Source: Paraspadella gotoi (taxonomy: Eukaryota > Animalia > Chaetognatha). From it: a stretch of 64,000 bases of DNA. The DNA lies in contig JBJCIZ010000028.1 in the NCBI GenBank assembly GCA_051294375.1, forward strand, positions 202,100-266,099, written 5' to 3'. The notes beneath the pieces were generated by a model. That model was not told the DNA's origin, searched no databases, and worked only from the letters and a program-made list of their open reading frames with translations. Below, piece after piece: positions 63,607-64,000 of the stretch. Each line of letters opens with the position of its first letter. Position 1 is the first letter of the stretch. The translations under genes and the position numbers were made by a program.

Positions 63607-64000
63607 AGTTATCTATTTTAATAATATTTTATTTAGTTTAAAATATATATTTTGATTTCTTTGTTCAATTTCAAGATTGTTTTTCATGTGTAAAAGTTCA
63701 ATTAATCCTTTAAAAAATATTTAGACGACGGAGTCGCTTTGAAGATTCTTCAGAAAGCCTTGGGTTTGGTCCTTGGAAAAAGACAGGTAGAGACATCTGC
63801 CGATTATTTTACAATAAACAAATGACACTAATTGGTAAAAATTGGTAAAAATAAGGCTTGAAATGAAAAAGAGGAGATCCGGTGATCAAAGTCTTTTAGA
63901 TTTTTAACAGTTAAGGGCAATTTGAGTGATATTTGGAATAGCGATAAATAGTGAATTAATTTGGACGAATCACATCTGGTAACAGTAGAAAGCTTCTTTA

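Overview
AT-rich, microsatellite-rich, intron-containing animal genomic DNA from a draft assembly with N-gaps and indel-noisy stretches; the species cannot be named from the sequence. Nearly the whole window is one minus-strand immunoglobulin-superfamily (IgSF) receptor locus built like a clustered protocadherin. From ~6.1 kb to the right edge is a tandem array of alternative FIRST exons: 28 fully intact, about 46 distinct when gapped or noisy ones are included, and about 57 positions counting duplicated copies. Each encodes a signal peptide plus only the N-terminal half of a V-type Ig domain (F-S-C-x5-P-x-W...(L/I/M)A-x-G-x5-(R/W)F-x-D-x-R). Each ends in a phase-2 GT donor, and almost all sit behind their own conserved bipartite upstream motif. 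All are in frame with one shared chain of 12 constant exons (5437 down to <1). These supply the C-terminal half of the V domain (RYTF...YTLTITDVRSSDAGKFVC), three further Ig-like domains and a transmembrane helix; the cytoplasmic tail lies beyond the left edge. tRNA-Leu(UAA) genes are interspersed on the opposite strand. An ~11 kb and a ~1.2-1.3 kb duplicated block are probably assembly or haplotype artefacts. The exon structure was read by hand from the sequence; expression, function and novelty are inferences that need RNA data and database searches.
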